Origin: Carpediemonas membranifera BICM
Lineage: Eukaryota; Protista; Fornicata
DNA: 64,000 bases
Assembly: GCA_019828565.1 (NCBI GenBank)
Contig: JAHDYR010000003.1
Span: 557,409 to 621,408 of the forward strand
Direction of reading: 5' to 3'
Position numbers and translations under genes: made by a program
Shown here: positions 10,720 to 21,599 of the stretch, one piece after another
Layout: each line of letters begins with the position of its first letter
Numbering within the stretch: the stretch's first letter is position 1
The notes under the pieces: model-generated
What the model saw: only the letters and a program-made list of their open reading frames with translations
Told to the model about the DNA's origin: nothing
Database searches by the model: none

Positions 10720-12259
10720 ATGCCTGTAGCTACACACCACAACTCAGGGGCCTTTGCAATTCGCAAAGAAATCATTCACCGGGTCGTTGACTGCTTTGTG
10801 AACCACCGCGAGTCCTTTGCCGAGAACGTCTCCCACATGTATGTCATCGCGCCATGCTAGTCCCAAGAGCTGGCGGAATCCGCTTTCTTACATCAGAAGC
10901 TTTCAAATGCGGCCAGTGATCCGCAACAAGGAGTCCAACCACAACCGCTGCTGTATATACAAGGACCGAGAGATCATTCGCTACCGCACCATGGGCGTGC
11001 TCGGCTTCCTCCCCGACGAGGGTGAGGACGAGCGTGGCCTCTATGAATACGCCCAGAACGCCCTCCAGCGGACTGAGCCGAGTCACGACACCATTGCCGT
11101 CATCGACCTCGCCTGCGACTCCTGCATCCAGAAGTCCTACCTCGTCACCGAGACCTGCCGTCTATGCGTTGCTCGCAACTGCCAGAACGCCTGCCGCAAG
11201 AATGCGATCTCCATTGACCGCAAGAAGCACAAGGCCGTGATCGACCCCGACAGCTGCGTCAACTGCGGCAAGTGCATGGACGCCTGCCCGTACGGCGCCA
11301 TCATCCACGTATCCATCCCTTGCGAGGAGGCGTGTCCCGTCGATGCCATCCACAAGAACGAGTTTGGCCAGCGTGTCATCAACGTTGACAAGTGCATCGA
11401 CTGCGGCAAGTGCTCCGCCGCATGCCCGTTCGGCGCAGTGGACCAGATCTCACACATCGTCGACATCATGCTCGCCGTCGAGCGCCACAAGGCGGGCGAG
11501 GGACCGCCTGTGGTCGCCATGCTCGCCCCCAGCATCATCGGCGGCGAGCAGGACTGGATCGAGATCGTCTCCAAGCTCAAGGCCTTCGGGTTCGCCGACG
11601 TCGTCACCGTACTCGACGGTGCAGGTGAGACTGCCCGCCGTGAGGCCGCCGAAATCATGGAGAGAAAGCACGAGGGCAAGCCGACGACCTCATCCTGCTG
11701 CCCGGCGTACGTCAACCTCGTCGACAAGCACATCCCCTCCCTCAAGCCGTACGTCTCGACTACTCCCAGCCCCATGGTTCTTCAGCACGAGATTATGAAG
11801 GCCAGGGACAACGAGAAGAGGATCTACTCCTTCTGGGGGCCGTGTGTGGCCAAGAGACGCGAGGCACTCAAGGTGGGGATCGATTTTACGGCGACTTTTA
11901 TGGAGCTCGAGGGCCTGCTCGCCGTGATCCCCGACCAAGACGTGTCCAACATGGTCATCCCGGCCTACCCCAAGACCATCAAGTTCGCCTACGCCACGGG
12001 CGTAACGTCTAGTGTCGCCGACGTCCTGGGCGATGACGCCGCGAGCCTCACCACCACGCACATTGACGGGCTGACTCGGAAGACTGTGCTGAAGCTCAAG
12101 ACATTCCACAAGAAGGCGATGAAGGGCGACGTCGAGGACTTCCTCGAGGTCATGAGCTGCGAGGGCGGGTGCATCGGCGGGCCGTGCACAAACGCGACGA
12201 GAGAGAAGGCGTCGGTCCGGATCAAGAAGGTCAAGGTTAGCGACGACGTCTCGCTGTAA
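10720..12259 (+). CDS. hydA: [FeFe]-hydrogenase, group B (Entamoeba/Giardia-type), ferredoxin domains plus H-cluster domain; 58-nt intron 10839-10896
   Basis: H-cluster motifs TTSSCCPAY, WGPCVAKRRE, EVMSCEGGCIGGP. Several CxxCxxCxxxCP. Splicing GTATGT...TCAG joins ...AENVSH-I-SFQMRP...RCCIYKDREII. Confidence 0.93.
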
Positions 12260-12391
12260 ATTCGGATTAGCTTACCAGCTTGTCCAGAGCCTCTCACATG
12301 TGACAACAAAGAAAGGACCTTCGACGCTGGAACGACCCCACGGAAGACTGTCGCAGTTTCGAGCAGATTATGCGCGTTTTCGTTGTTCTCC

Positions 12392-12783
12392 ATGGCCCAG
12401 CAGGAGTTCTACAACGAGCTTCAAAAGCTCCAAATCAAGATGTCTGATCACAGACGTCAGCAAGCTTCTGTTCGTTCCCGCTCCGCCCAATTATCCAGCT
12501 CAAGAACCAGGAGATGCTTAAAACTCACGAGATGAAGAGCGCTGAGCTTACAATCCACGATATTGAGGAGACTAAGCCCGAGGCTTGCTATGTCGCCGTC
12601 GGAAAGGCATATTACATGAAGTCCAACGATGCAATTGTCGATAAGTTGAAGACAAAGGTGCAGAAGCTCACCAACGAGCTCACCGTCGTCGGCAACTCCA
12701 AGACATACGTTGAGAAGCAGATCAGTGCAACTGAATCGGCGTTGACCGAGCTCATCAAGGCCACCCCGCAGGCCAGGCCATAG
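12392..12783 (+). CDS. PFDN1: Prefoldin beta-type subunit (PFDN1-like); 29-nt intron 12470-12498
   Basis: Spliced protein MAQQEFYNELQKLQIKM...CYVAVGKAYY...KTYVEKQI: coiled coil-hairpin-coiled coil. Intron GTTCGT...CCAG restores the frame. Confidence 0.8.
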
Positions 12784-12842
12784 TGCCAGCACTGTTCATA
12801 AACCCGCAACGCCGGGATATAGGAATGAATATACCGCATGCG

Positions 12843-12889
12843 AGGAGGGAGACGGGGCAGTGTTGCGCAGTATAATACACATCGTTTGA
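12843..12889 (-). mobile_element. 47-bp relic of the Fanzor element left-end region
   Basis: Reverse complement matches 39449-39494 with 2 substitutions and one 1-nt indel. Confidence 0.8.
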
Positions 12890-12918
12890 TTGACTAACCT
12901 TAAACTGCTCGAAAAGGG

Positions 12919-13386
12919 ATGGCTCCCAAGCACGATCCTTTCGAGGAAGGTGTTAGCAACGATGCCCAGATTGAGCTTAACTGGGCCATGAAGGCTGCTG
13001 TTTGTTGTTTTTCATCGGCACTCACCTAGAAATATGCGGAGACGTATGATCGTCTGCGCAAGTCTGTCAAGGACCTTACGACGTTTAGAATGACTAAGAT
13101 CGATGATCTTATCTATTCTTCGTTCCGTTTCACTTTTCCCGAGCTGAACATCGATGCCGTCGAGGAGGAGGAGCTCAAGTCTGAGGATGCCAAGAAGAAG
13201 TGGAGGCCATTCCTGATGCCGTTCGAAGGCAAGATCCCCGACTGGAACATGGCGACGCTGCTCCGTGTTGACTGCAAGAAGGACTGCGACGAGCACAACA
13301 CCATCATTGTCCCCAGATGCCAGTATCTCGCCATCGAGATTGCGAGAAACAAGGAGGGCGTCAACGCCAAGCAATATGCCAAGTAA
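12919..13386 (+). CDS. PBDC1: PBDC1/YPL225W-like (DUF757) eEF1A chaperone; 30-nt intron 13000-13029
   Basis: NDAQIELNWAMKAA|KYAETY; MTKIDDLIY..FR..FPE; KKKWRPF; DWNMATLLRVD; PRCQYLAIEIARNKEG. Confidence 0.88.
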
Positions 13387-13593
13387 ACATAGCGGTTATG
13401 GCCTGGTGGCATGCCCTGGAGCTGTGAGACCGAATGGACGGGTGGCAGCTTGCGAGGAGAGCGACTCAACAGGTAACCTAACGACGGAGTTACATTCAGT
13501 ACTTCATAGGGCGGGATCGCACCCCAGCGGACGCTATGTGGCCGCACTTTACGGCTGACCGTCGGTGCAGGTTAATCACTCGTTGGAGACTGG

Positions 13594-14517
13594 ATGTGGT
13601 TGCTGAAGTCGAAGAAGAAGGCTGCTACGCGCAAGGAGGACAAGAATTCGGCTATCCTAGACGTTTTGGGCTGTGAGACCGCGCTTTTCCGCGCGAGCTT
13701 TCCCGATGACGATGAAGAGCGCATTATGCTCATTGAAGAACTTACCACTGATCTAGAGAAGAAATTAAGAGGTAAGGAGAGCGATATTGATCCTGAATAT
13801 GCCACTAAGTACCACAATATGTCCTACGCGCTCTTCACCGACATCCAGGTCCGCAAAGGCTTCTTGGACGACCTGTACAACCGCGAGGCTGAGCAGAAGG
13901 CCGGCAAGCGCAAGGCGAGTGACAATATGCCCGACGAGGAGGAGAAGGCGGAGATAGAGTCTGGTGTTGCCGAGGACATGGACGCGGCGTGGATATACAG
14001 CGAGCTCGCCAGGACTTCGTTTGAGCTCCGCCTGAAGAACGCGAAGAAGAAGGGCGAGGACGCTAGGGTACACATGCGGGACCTTGCGATGGTCAGGTTC
14101 CTCCAGGGTGAAATGTACGCCGAGAATGGGATGCGCGAGCCAGCCGAGGCCGATGTCCGCGGTGCCATCGAGGCCCTCGCCCTCGCCACAGACGAGGAGA
14201 AGCCGCTCCCGTGCCAGCTTGATGCCATCATCGTGATGGGGACGCTTGTGCTCAGGCGGAAGAAGAAGGAGCAGCAGCAGGAAGTGCTCGACCACATCGC
14301 CCAGGCCAAGGCCATACTAGAGCGGCTCCAACAGACAGACGCCCTTGTCAGCATCCCGCTGGACTACTGGCGTGAGGCCATCCTCGACCTGGAGCAGAAC
14401 TGGGACGAGATCAAGAACATGACCAAGGAGGTCACTGATAGCGAGGACTCAGATGATTCCAGTGATATGGAGTCCAGTGGGGACGAAGACGAGGTCGCCG
14501 TGAGAGCGAAGAACTAA
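13594..14517 (+). CDS. NASP/Sim3/Hif1-like histone chaperone (SHNi-TPR)
   Basis: TPR interrupted by an acidic patch: EYATKYHNMSYALF...EDMDAAWIYSELAR...LAMVRFLQGEMYAENGMREPAEAD; acidic tail. Confidence 0.7.
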   Translation: MWLLKSKKKAATRKEDKNSAILDVLGCETALFRASFPDDDEERIMLIEELTTDLEKKLRGKESDIDPEYATKYHNMSYALFTDIQVRKGFLDDLYNREAEQKAGKRKASDNMPDEEEKAEIESGVAEDMDAAWIYSELARTSFELRLKNAKKKGEDARVHMRDLAMVRFLQGEMYAENGMREPAEADVRGAIEALALATDEEKPLPCQLDAIIVMGTLVLRRKKKEQQQEVLDHIAQAKAILERLQQTDALVSIPLDYWREAILDLEQNWDEIKNMTKEVTDSEDSDDSSDMESSGDEDEVAVRAKN

Positions 14518-14895
14518 ACTGTAGATAGAATAACCACTGTTCAAAGGCATGCAATGATGGGTGCAGGGGCTTGGGGATGCGTTGGGCATCTATCTGCACG
14601 CTGACTCTGTGATCCAACCGAGGAGGACAAGGCCATTGATGGTGTGATCCCAGAGGATGTCCGGGATAAGGAGTCCAGCGAGAGCGAGGAGCAACATATA
14701 ACACAAGCATAACTGGTTAAATACGTAAAGTTTAAAGGCATGCAAAAAAAAAGTGAATCATATGTGTAGAGATGGGTGTATAGGGGCTTAGTGATGCCTT
14801 GTGCGTCTCTCTGCACGCTGACTCTGGGGTGAGTCAGCGGGAATGATGGGTTCATTTTCATTCCATTTCGCAGCTTAGCCCGACTTTGTTGAGAA

Positions 14896-15388
14896 ATGGC
14901 TTCTGGTATCAACGCCGCCCGTAAGCTCCGCAACGTTCGCCGCGTCAACCGCTGGTATGTATTTTCTACCGTTTTGAGTTCTTATTTAGGGCTGACAAGG
15001 AATACAAGCGCGCCAACCTCGGCACCTGGCAGAAGGCCGATCCCTTCATGGGCGCCTCCCACGCCAAGGGCATCGTCGTCGAGAAGATGTTTGTAGTATC
15101 CCCTTTTTGCAGTTATATAGCGGCGTCGAGGCCAAGCAGCCCAACTCTGCTATCCGTAAGTGCGCTCGTTGCCAGCTGATCAAGAACGGCAAGAAGATCA
15201 CCGCCTTCGTCCCTGGTGATGGTTGCCTTACCTTCATCGACGAGAACGACGAGGTCCTCATCTCTGGCTTCGGTCGTAGAGGTCACGCCGTTGGTGATAT
15301 CCCCGGTGTCCGTTTCAAGGTCGTCAAGGTCTCCAACGTTTCCCTCCTCGCCCTCTTCCGTGGCAAGAAGGAGAAGCCCCGTTCTTAA
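14896..15388 (+). CDS. RPS23: 40S ribosomal protein S23 (uS12); introns 14955-14989 and 15089-15120
   Basis: [24 protein letters not shown]...[22 protein letters not shown]; both introns GT...AG. Confidence 0.97.
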
Positions 15389-15580
15389 GCTCTCAACTGC
15401 TTCGAGAATAAAGCAAGACTCAAGTTGGACTGTTTCTTTTTCTTTCTCGACACGTAAGTAGGTCATGAAATTAAAAGTGTCAAAGAGCTGCGATGATGCG
15501 TTCAGTGCGAATACGCGTCTGACTAAGCGACCAGATGCCCGATGTCGCGTTTCATTACCATTTCGCAGATTATGCAGATA

Positions 15581-16009
15581 ATGTTCAAAAGTCACTATCT
15601 CTTGGTCTTGGCTATCTGCATGGCATTTTCTGCATGCAAACGGACAATTGAGGATAATAATAATAATAATAATACCGGGGAATCCCAGAAATATGAGCCT
15701 AAGGGCCACATGTCTCACGATTACAGAAATCCATCTGAAATGATCCACAAGAGCGTTCACTACATTGTAGCTCTCGCTATTTTCTTATTATTTATCGCAT
15801 GCTTCCTCAAACTTGCCCGTTGTGTCCTGTGCGGTGTTCCTCGCACAGTTATCCGTCTCATTTCCAGTGTTCTGTTCATCATGTCGCTTGCATCCATCGT
15901 TGCATCATTCGCTCTATACTGGACGACATTCGAGCTCAAGTGGCTTATCCAAGTCCTTCCGATGATGGTCGGCCTGGCCCTGATCTGCGGCCGCATTGTG
16001 TTCAAGTGA
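15581..16009 (+). CDS. Small membrane protein (signal-peptide-like N-terminus, ~3 TM, poly-Asn from an (AAT)n tract)
   Basis: Hydrophobic N-terminus and three hydrophobic helices; start codon uncertain (15542-15581). Confidence 0.6.
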   Translation: MFKSHYLLVLAICMAFSACKRTIEDNNNNNNTGESQKYEPKGHMSHDYRNPSEMIHKSVHYIVALAIFLLFIACFLKLARCVLCGVPRTVIRLISSVLFIMSLASIVASFALYWTTFELKWLIQVLPMMVGLALICGRIVFK

Positions 16010-16202
16010 TGGACGAAGAGAGGCGTCAGTTGTTTCCTCAAGGTTATAGCTGGGGCATGCTGACGTTGCCCGCTGGTCTGTGGGTCGACCTGGACAAGTG
16101 CTGGGTTCGACAGGGTCACGGTCATCTCTATTCCATTCTATAAATGATGACACAAGAGATACACTGAGACTGGACCTACTGGGCTGATGCACATATCCCA
16201 TC

Positions 16203-19200
16203 CTAATCCATAATACTGCGAGCGTCGCCCAACAGCGGCGGATCGTCAGGGAACGCACTGCCGACGCTACCGGCCTCGGGCATGACAGGTTGGCCCTCCG
16301 CGTCCGGCTCGCTGTCGTCTGAGAGCTGCATGGCCTCCAGCTCGGCCTGGACGTCGCCCGCGTCTGCCTCTGGGGCCTGCGTGGCGGAATTCTCAGCCCC
16401 GTGCTCGGGATGGTCGAGCTGGTCGACGCAATCCTTGTGCCCCTTCGCCCGTGCGATCTCCCGTGGGGTCCTGGCCTTGTGGAGCCAGCCCGTCTTGCCC
16501 TTCATCGTCGGATCTGCGCCTGCGTCGACTAGCATCTTGAGGATCTCGTTTCGCCCCTCTTTCGCGGCGAGGTAGAGAGCGGTGCAGCCATTGGTCTTGC
16601 GGGCGTTAACGTTGCACCCGGCCCGAAGCATGACGCCAACGCAGGCGTGCCCTCCCTCGACGGCATGGTGCAGCGCGGTGCTGCCGCTAGGGTCTGCCAG
16701 CTCGCGGTCTGCCCCTCGCTCGATGAGCACCTCCACAACACTCGTGCGGCCGTGGAGACAGGCTTCCATGAGGGAGGTGCGCCCGTCACTTCCGCCGAGG
16801 TCGATCGTCGCTCCCCGACTGAGGAGCAGCTCGACAACGTCCGAGTGGCTCCCGATGGCGGCGGCGATGAGGGGCGTGCGCCCTTGATCATTAGGCCTGT
16901 TGGGGTCGGCCCCGGATCCAAGGAGGTCTCGGACGATCGCCTGGTTCCCATGAGGGAGGTGCGCCCGTCACTTCCGCCGAGGTCGATCGTCGCTCCCCGA
17001 CTGAGGAGCAGCTCGACAACGTCCGAGTGGCTCCCGATGGCGGCGGCGATGAGGGGCGTGCGCCCTTGATCATTAGGCCTGTTGGGGTCGGCCCCGGATC
17101 CAAGGAGGTCTCGGACGATCGCCTGGTTCCCATCGGCGGCGGCGGCGACAAGTGACGTCTCGGCCCTTTCCGTCTGCCGGGTGCGATCGAGCAGGGCGGC
17201 GCACTTCTTGTGGCCATTGGCCTTGGCGATCTCTGAGGGAAGCTTGCCGTCCGCATCTGGGATGGTGGTGTCTGCGCCCCTATCGAGCAGTAATTTGACG
17301 ATCTCACTGCACCCGCTCTGCGCGGCTATGTAGAGGGCCGTGCAACCATCCGCCCGGCAGGCATTGGGGCTGCATCCTTCCTCTAGCAGGTAGCTGACGA
17401 CGGCAGACTGCTTCCGCTGCACGGCGAGGATGAGCACGGGGTCGTCGTTGTTGTCGACGGCAGAGATGTCGGCTCCGGCTTCAACGAGCGCCTTGATGCT
17501 GTCGAGGTGGCCGTTGATGCAGGCGGCCATCAGAGCCGTCTGGCCGGCCTCGTCGGCAAGGCTGAGGTCGGCTTTCGCCCGCACCAGCAGCTTGACGATC
17601 TCCGCGTGGTCCTTCAGCGCTGCAGCAATGAGTGGGGTCCACGCGTCGCTTGAACGCCGCTTGCCGTTGACATCCGCCCCGCCCTCAACCAGCAGTCCAA
17701 CGCACTTGTTGTGACCAAAGGTTGCGGCCAGCGTGAGAGGGCTGACGTCATTCCCATCGGGCACGTCGACCATGCTCTTGTTGGCATTGATCAGGAGCCG
17801 CGTCAGGTCGACGTTGCCGTACATTGCGGCGATCAGGAGGGGGCTCGCCCCGTTGGCTCGGACAACAGAGCAGTCGGCCTTGGCTTTCACAAGCGCCCTG
17901 ACGATGCCTACGTGGCCCTTCATGGTTGCTATGAGGAGTGGCGTGTCTCCATCGTCGTCCCGGATCTCGAGGTTGACGCCAGCATCGATCAGTGTCTGAA
18001 CTACAGCCAGGTCGCCCTCGAGGCATGACTTGGCGAGGGCTATGGCCATGCGGAGCTCGTCCTTCTCTCCTGGATCACATCAGCGTGGCCGGTCAGGGCG
18101 CCATTGGCGTTGGCAAAGGTGATGCTCTCGACATAGTTCTTCGTGTCCAGTAGGGCCTGCAGCTGCGGCTTGACATGCGCCTTAGGTCTCCCGGCCCTTG
18201 ATGCCGCGGCTGTAGTCACCATTGGACCTGTATCCCCGCCGATCCGCATGCCCGCGAGCCCAGCCAGTACCTGGTGCTAGTCGTCGGTCTCGGGGTCCTC
18301 ATCATCGACATCGGCATCGGCATCGGCATCGCACGTCCCACCGCCAGCGCCTTTGTCAAAGTCGGGGAACGGCGCATAATCGTCGGTGGAGTGCTTGCTC
18401 TCAAGAGCAGACGCATCCATCTGGCGGATGCTAGGTATCGCGTCCAGCCGGGGTAAGGCAGGGAACTCGTTGGCGTTCGGGCCGTCGTCTTGGCCGTTGG
18501 GGGACTGGACTAGCAGGGGAACGTCAATGAGCCCAACAATCCGGTTCCTGAGGGCCGCCGCCAGCATAGCCTTCCTGTTGTTGAGGATCTCATCGAGAAC
18601 CTCATTCTGGGCTTCGAACTGCTTAGTATCAGCTTTAGCAGCCTTCTCGCGGGCCCGCTTCTTCCTTTGTCTCTCCGCATCAGACATGGCCCCTTTCTGC
18701 GGGCTTACAGGTGGTGGCGAGGGGACCTCGCTTCGGGCAGGGGCGGGGGGCACCGCGTCCGCTTTACCAACCCCTCCGAGCAGAGCAAGCACGGTATCGT
18801 ATGCTGCTATCGCTCCCCCGCCGATGCTTGTTGCCCCGAATAGCGCTGTAGCGTCTGGAATTCCACACCGGATCATCGGACGTCACCTCCAGGTCGTCTT
18901 GGTTGTCGGCCGCTGGCTGGGGCTCAGCAGGTACATCAAGCTTCTCCCTTCCCAGCGCTGCCCGAACCTTGTTCTCAGAGACACCAGCGCAATGCTGCAG
19001 CCGGGACAGCTCGGCCTTCAGGGCGGCGTTCTGTCTTTGCAGCTCCTTGATCTTAGCGCTATTCTTGTCATTGGCGGGGGCGTGCTTTCCCGACGTACGG
19101 ATGTTGCAACCCGATAGGACCCTGAACTCCGGCAATGCCCTGATGTCATGACCTGGGCGTTCCTCAGATCTGCACACGGCCCTTTCAATGCAGAGGCTGG

Positions 19201-19978
19201 TCTCGAGGCGGCTCTGCTGGAAAGCGCACTCTTCTACGAGGGCTTCCTTCTCCTTGAGGAGTTCTCCAACCCCGACTGGTGCATCTCGATGTGGCTCTTC
19301 GCGTTGCTCAGCAACCTTCGCGTCATGGTCATGTTGATTTTCTGCCGGAGGTGCCGCGATGTGGGCATTCTGGGCGATAATGGCCTGCAGGTCGGGATCC
19401 TGCGCCGGATGCGGGAGGTCGAGCACATTGCTGTTGTAGAGCACCACGGGCTGGAATACTGTCTCCTCGTACCAGGCTGGCTCCTCGTCGGGGTCGTTCC
19501 CGGCTTCGATCTCAATGGGGTTGGCGTTCCTGTGTGTCGGAACAACAACTGGGATAGTATTCCGTTGATTCCTCGGTCCGGCTGGACTGGCAGGAATGTT
19601 CTCAACCCGCACCCGTTCATTCTCTGGTGTATTTTGCTCGGCGTTATCGCCTGCAGGGTGATTCGCATCGCCAGCAGAGCATGGATTGTTTGCGAGCAGA
19701 ATGGGTGGAAATCCTTGGTCATTCTGGAGCTCCTCATTCTGCTCGGCATTCTTTTCTTCGGAGCTGGGCGCAAATGGATCATCAGCGCCTTCATCAATAT
19801 CATTGGCATCACTGCCGATCATTCTATCTTCGTTGAGAACGGTGCGGTTCTGTACTAAGCTGCACATTGGTCGTGCCAGCAAAGACCAGACGAAAAGGGT
19901 CACATGATAGGGAGCCAACGCTGCTTGCGTCAATCCGGTGTCTCGCTTGGTTTCATTGATCACTGATTCACAAGGCAC
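16203..19978 (-). pseudogene. Disrupted, 3'-truncated copy of the ankyrin-repeat gene at 51573-55613
   Basis: Relative to copy B: +1 G (~18815), GAG>TAG at 18277-18279, -1 G (~18061), a 182-bp frameshifting tandem duplication (16766-17133), and loss of the last ~165 codons. Confidence 0.85.
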
Positions 19979-21451
19979 ACCTTGGTCGACATCACGATGC
20001 CCACGGGTTTACGAATGCAAGCAGGATCCGCTTGACTTCCATTTGGTGGCGAACTTGATGGTCTACTACAACTGGTGGTGTCTCTAATAATGGCGATTGA
20101 AAATCTCGACTGTGCACGAAGTCAACGCGAAATCACCGCTACAACGACCAATGAACATCATCGCAAACTATGTCCCAACGCATTGGCTCTCCAGTGCGGC
20201 TAAGAGAGAGGGAACCACGCTTTCCACGATCCAAGTGAAGTCCATTGACGATTGCCACGAGCTGATTGGCCTCAAGCCCTCAGGCTTCACGCCCATCGTC
20301 CTGATTCCCAAGCGCCGTCCTCTCAAGAACATCTACGTCCGTGTCCCTGATGGCTTCACTGGCCTGGCCACCCGTTGGGGCAAGCGCCTGCCCCCCTTCG
20401 ATCCTGGTCGCCACATGCTGCTGCCCGGCACCCGGATGGTTTTCATGGTCACCAGGCGCTCCAATGTATTTAGCGCGCCCATCAAGAACTGCAAGAGCAA
20501 GGATAACGTGGATGTCCAGATCGAGGTGCTCCTCGTGTTCAAGATCATCTCGGCCGAGGACTTCATCTACAAGCTGGGCCCCGAGAAGCTCGACGTACGT
20601 CACACCCCCCACTCTAACCCAGGACCTTCTCCGCGCTAGCCAGGAGGACTTTGTGAGGCAGATTGTCCGCAACACGCTCCTCATCGACGTTTACTCGCTC
20701 CAGGGCCGCAACACGGAGGGCCAGCTCAACGAGATGAACGAGAAGTTCAGGACATACGGCGTCATCGTCGACCAGATCACGATCACTCGCGTCAAGCTCG
20801 AGGACAAGCTCGCCGACACGCTCCAGAAGAGAGCCGAGTTCGACATCAGGCACGACGAGGAGAAGCAGAAGCAGCTGTTCGACATGAACGTCCTCAACCA
20901 CAAGGAGGATCTCTCCAAGCAGCAGAACAGCTCGAACGAGCGGCTCAAGGAGATGGAGAAGGAGAACGACCAGATGATCGCCGAGATCGACCGCGAGATC
21001 GCCGAGATCCGCGCCGACACGAAGGCCAAGATCTCCGTCATCGAGGCCGAGACGACCGCCCGCGTCAACCAGGTCAAGGCCGACGCCGAGATGGAGGCCG
21101 CCAAGGCGGACGCCGAGCGCATCACCCGGGTCCGCGACATCCAGGCCCAGGCCGCCTTCGAGCGCGACGAGATCCTCGCCCAGATCGAGCAGACGCAGCG
21201 CGAGTCCAAGGCCGAGGCCGACCGCATCATCGCCGAGGCCGAGGCCGCAGCCCTCACCATCCTGGCCAAGGCGGAGGCCGAGGCCGCCAAGGGCCTCGAG
21301 AAGAAGCGCCAGGCCGACCTGGCATTTGCCGACGTCGATATCATCAGCGGCCTCGCCCGCAACAAGGAGATCGCCGTGTCGGGCGCGGATGCCCGCCACC
21401 TCGCCATGGCCGCTGCAGTTGGCAACGGCAAGATGGTGTACCATAACTAGG
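16229..21451. repeat. Inverted segmental duplication, copy A (~5.2 kb; partner 50097-55119)
   Basis: Identical ORF translations on opposite strands; breakpoints read directly. Confidence 0.95.
20151..21450 (+). CDS. SPFH/band-7 family protein with long coiled coil; 28-nt intron 20595-20622
   Basis: VPDGFTGLATRWGK...PG; CKSKDNVDVQIE; YGVIVDQITITRV; AEAEA-rich coil. Intron GTACGT...CTAAC.CAG. Confidence 0.85.
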
Positions 21452-21599
21452 TGTTTACATAGGGTGTTTACATAGGGCGGCGCAGTTATAAATATGGCGT
21501 TGGCTTGGAGTACGATGGCCATAAAGGGCGAGTGTGATAAACGGACGTTTATTATTGTATATTAGTGCCATACCTGGTAAATAAAGTCTATAATAACAC

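Noticed and set aside
14554-14713. Selenoprotein ORF or SECIS element
   Set aside because: The in-frame TGA has no redox motif context and the hairpin lacks the apical AAR.
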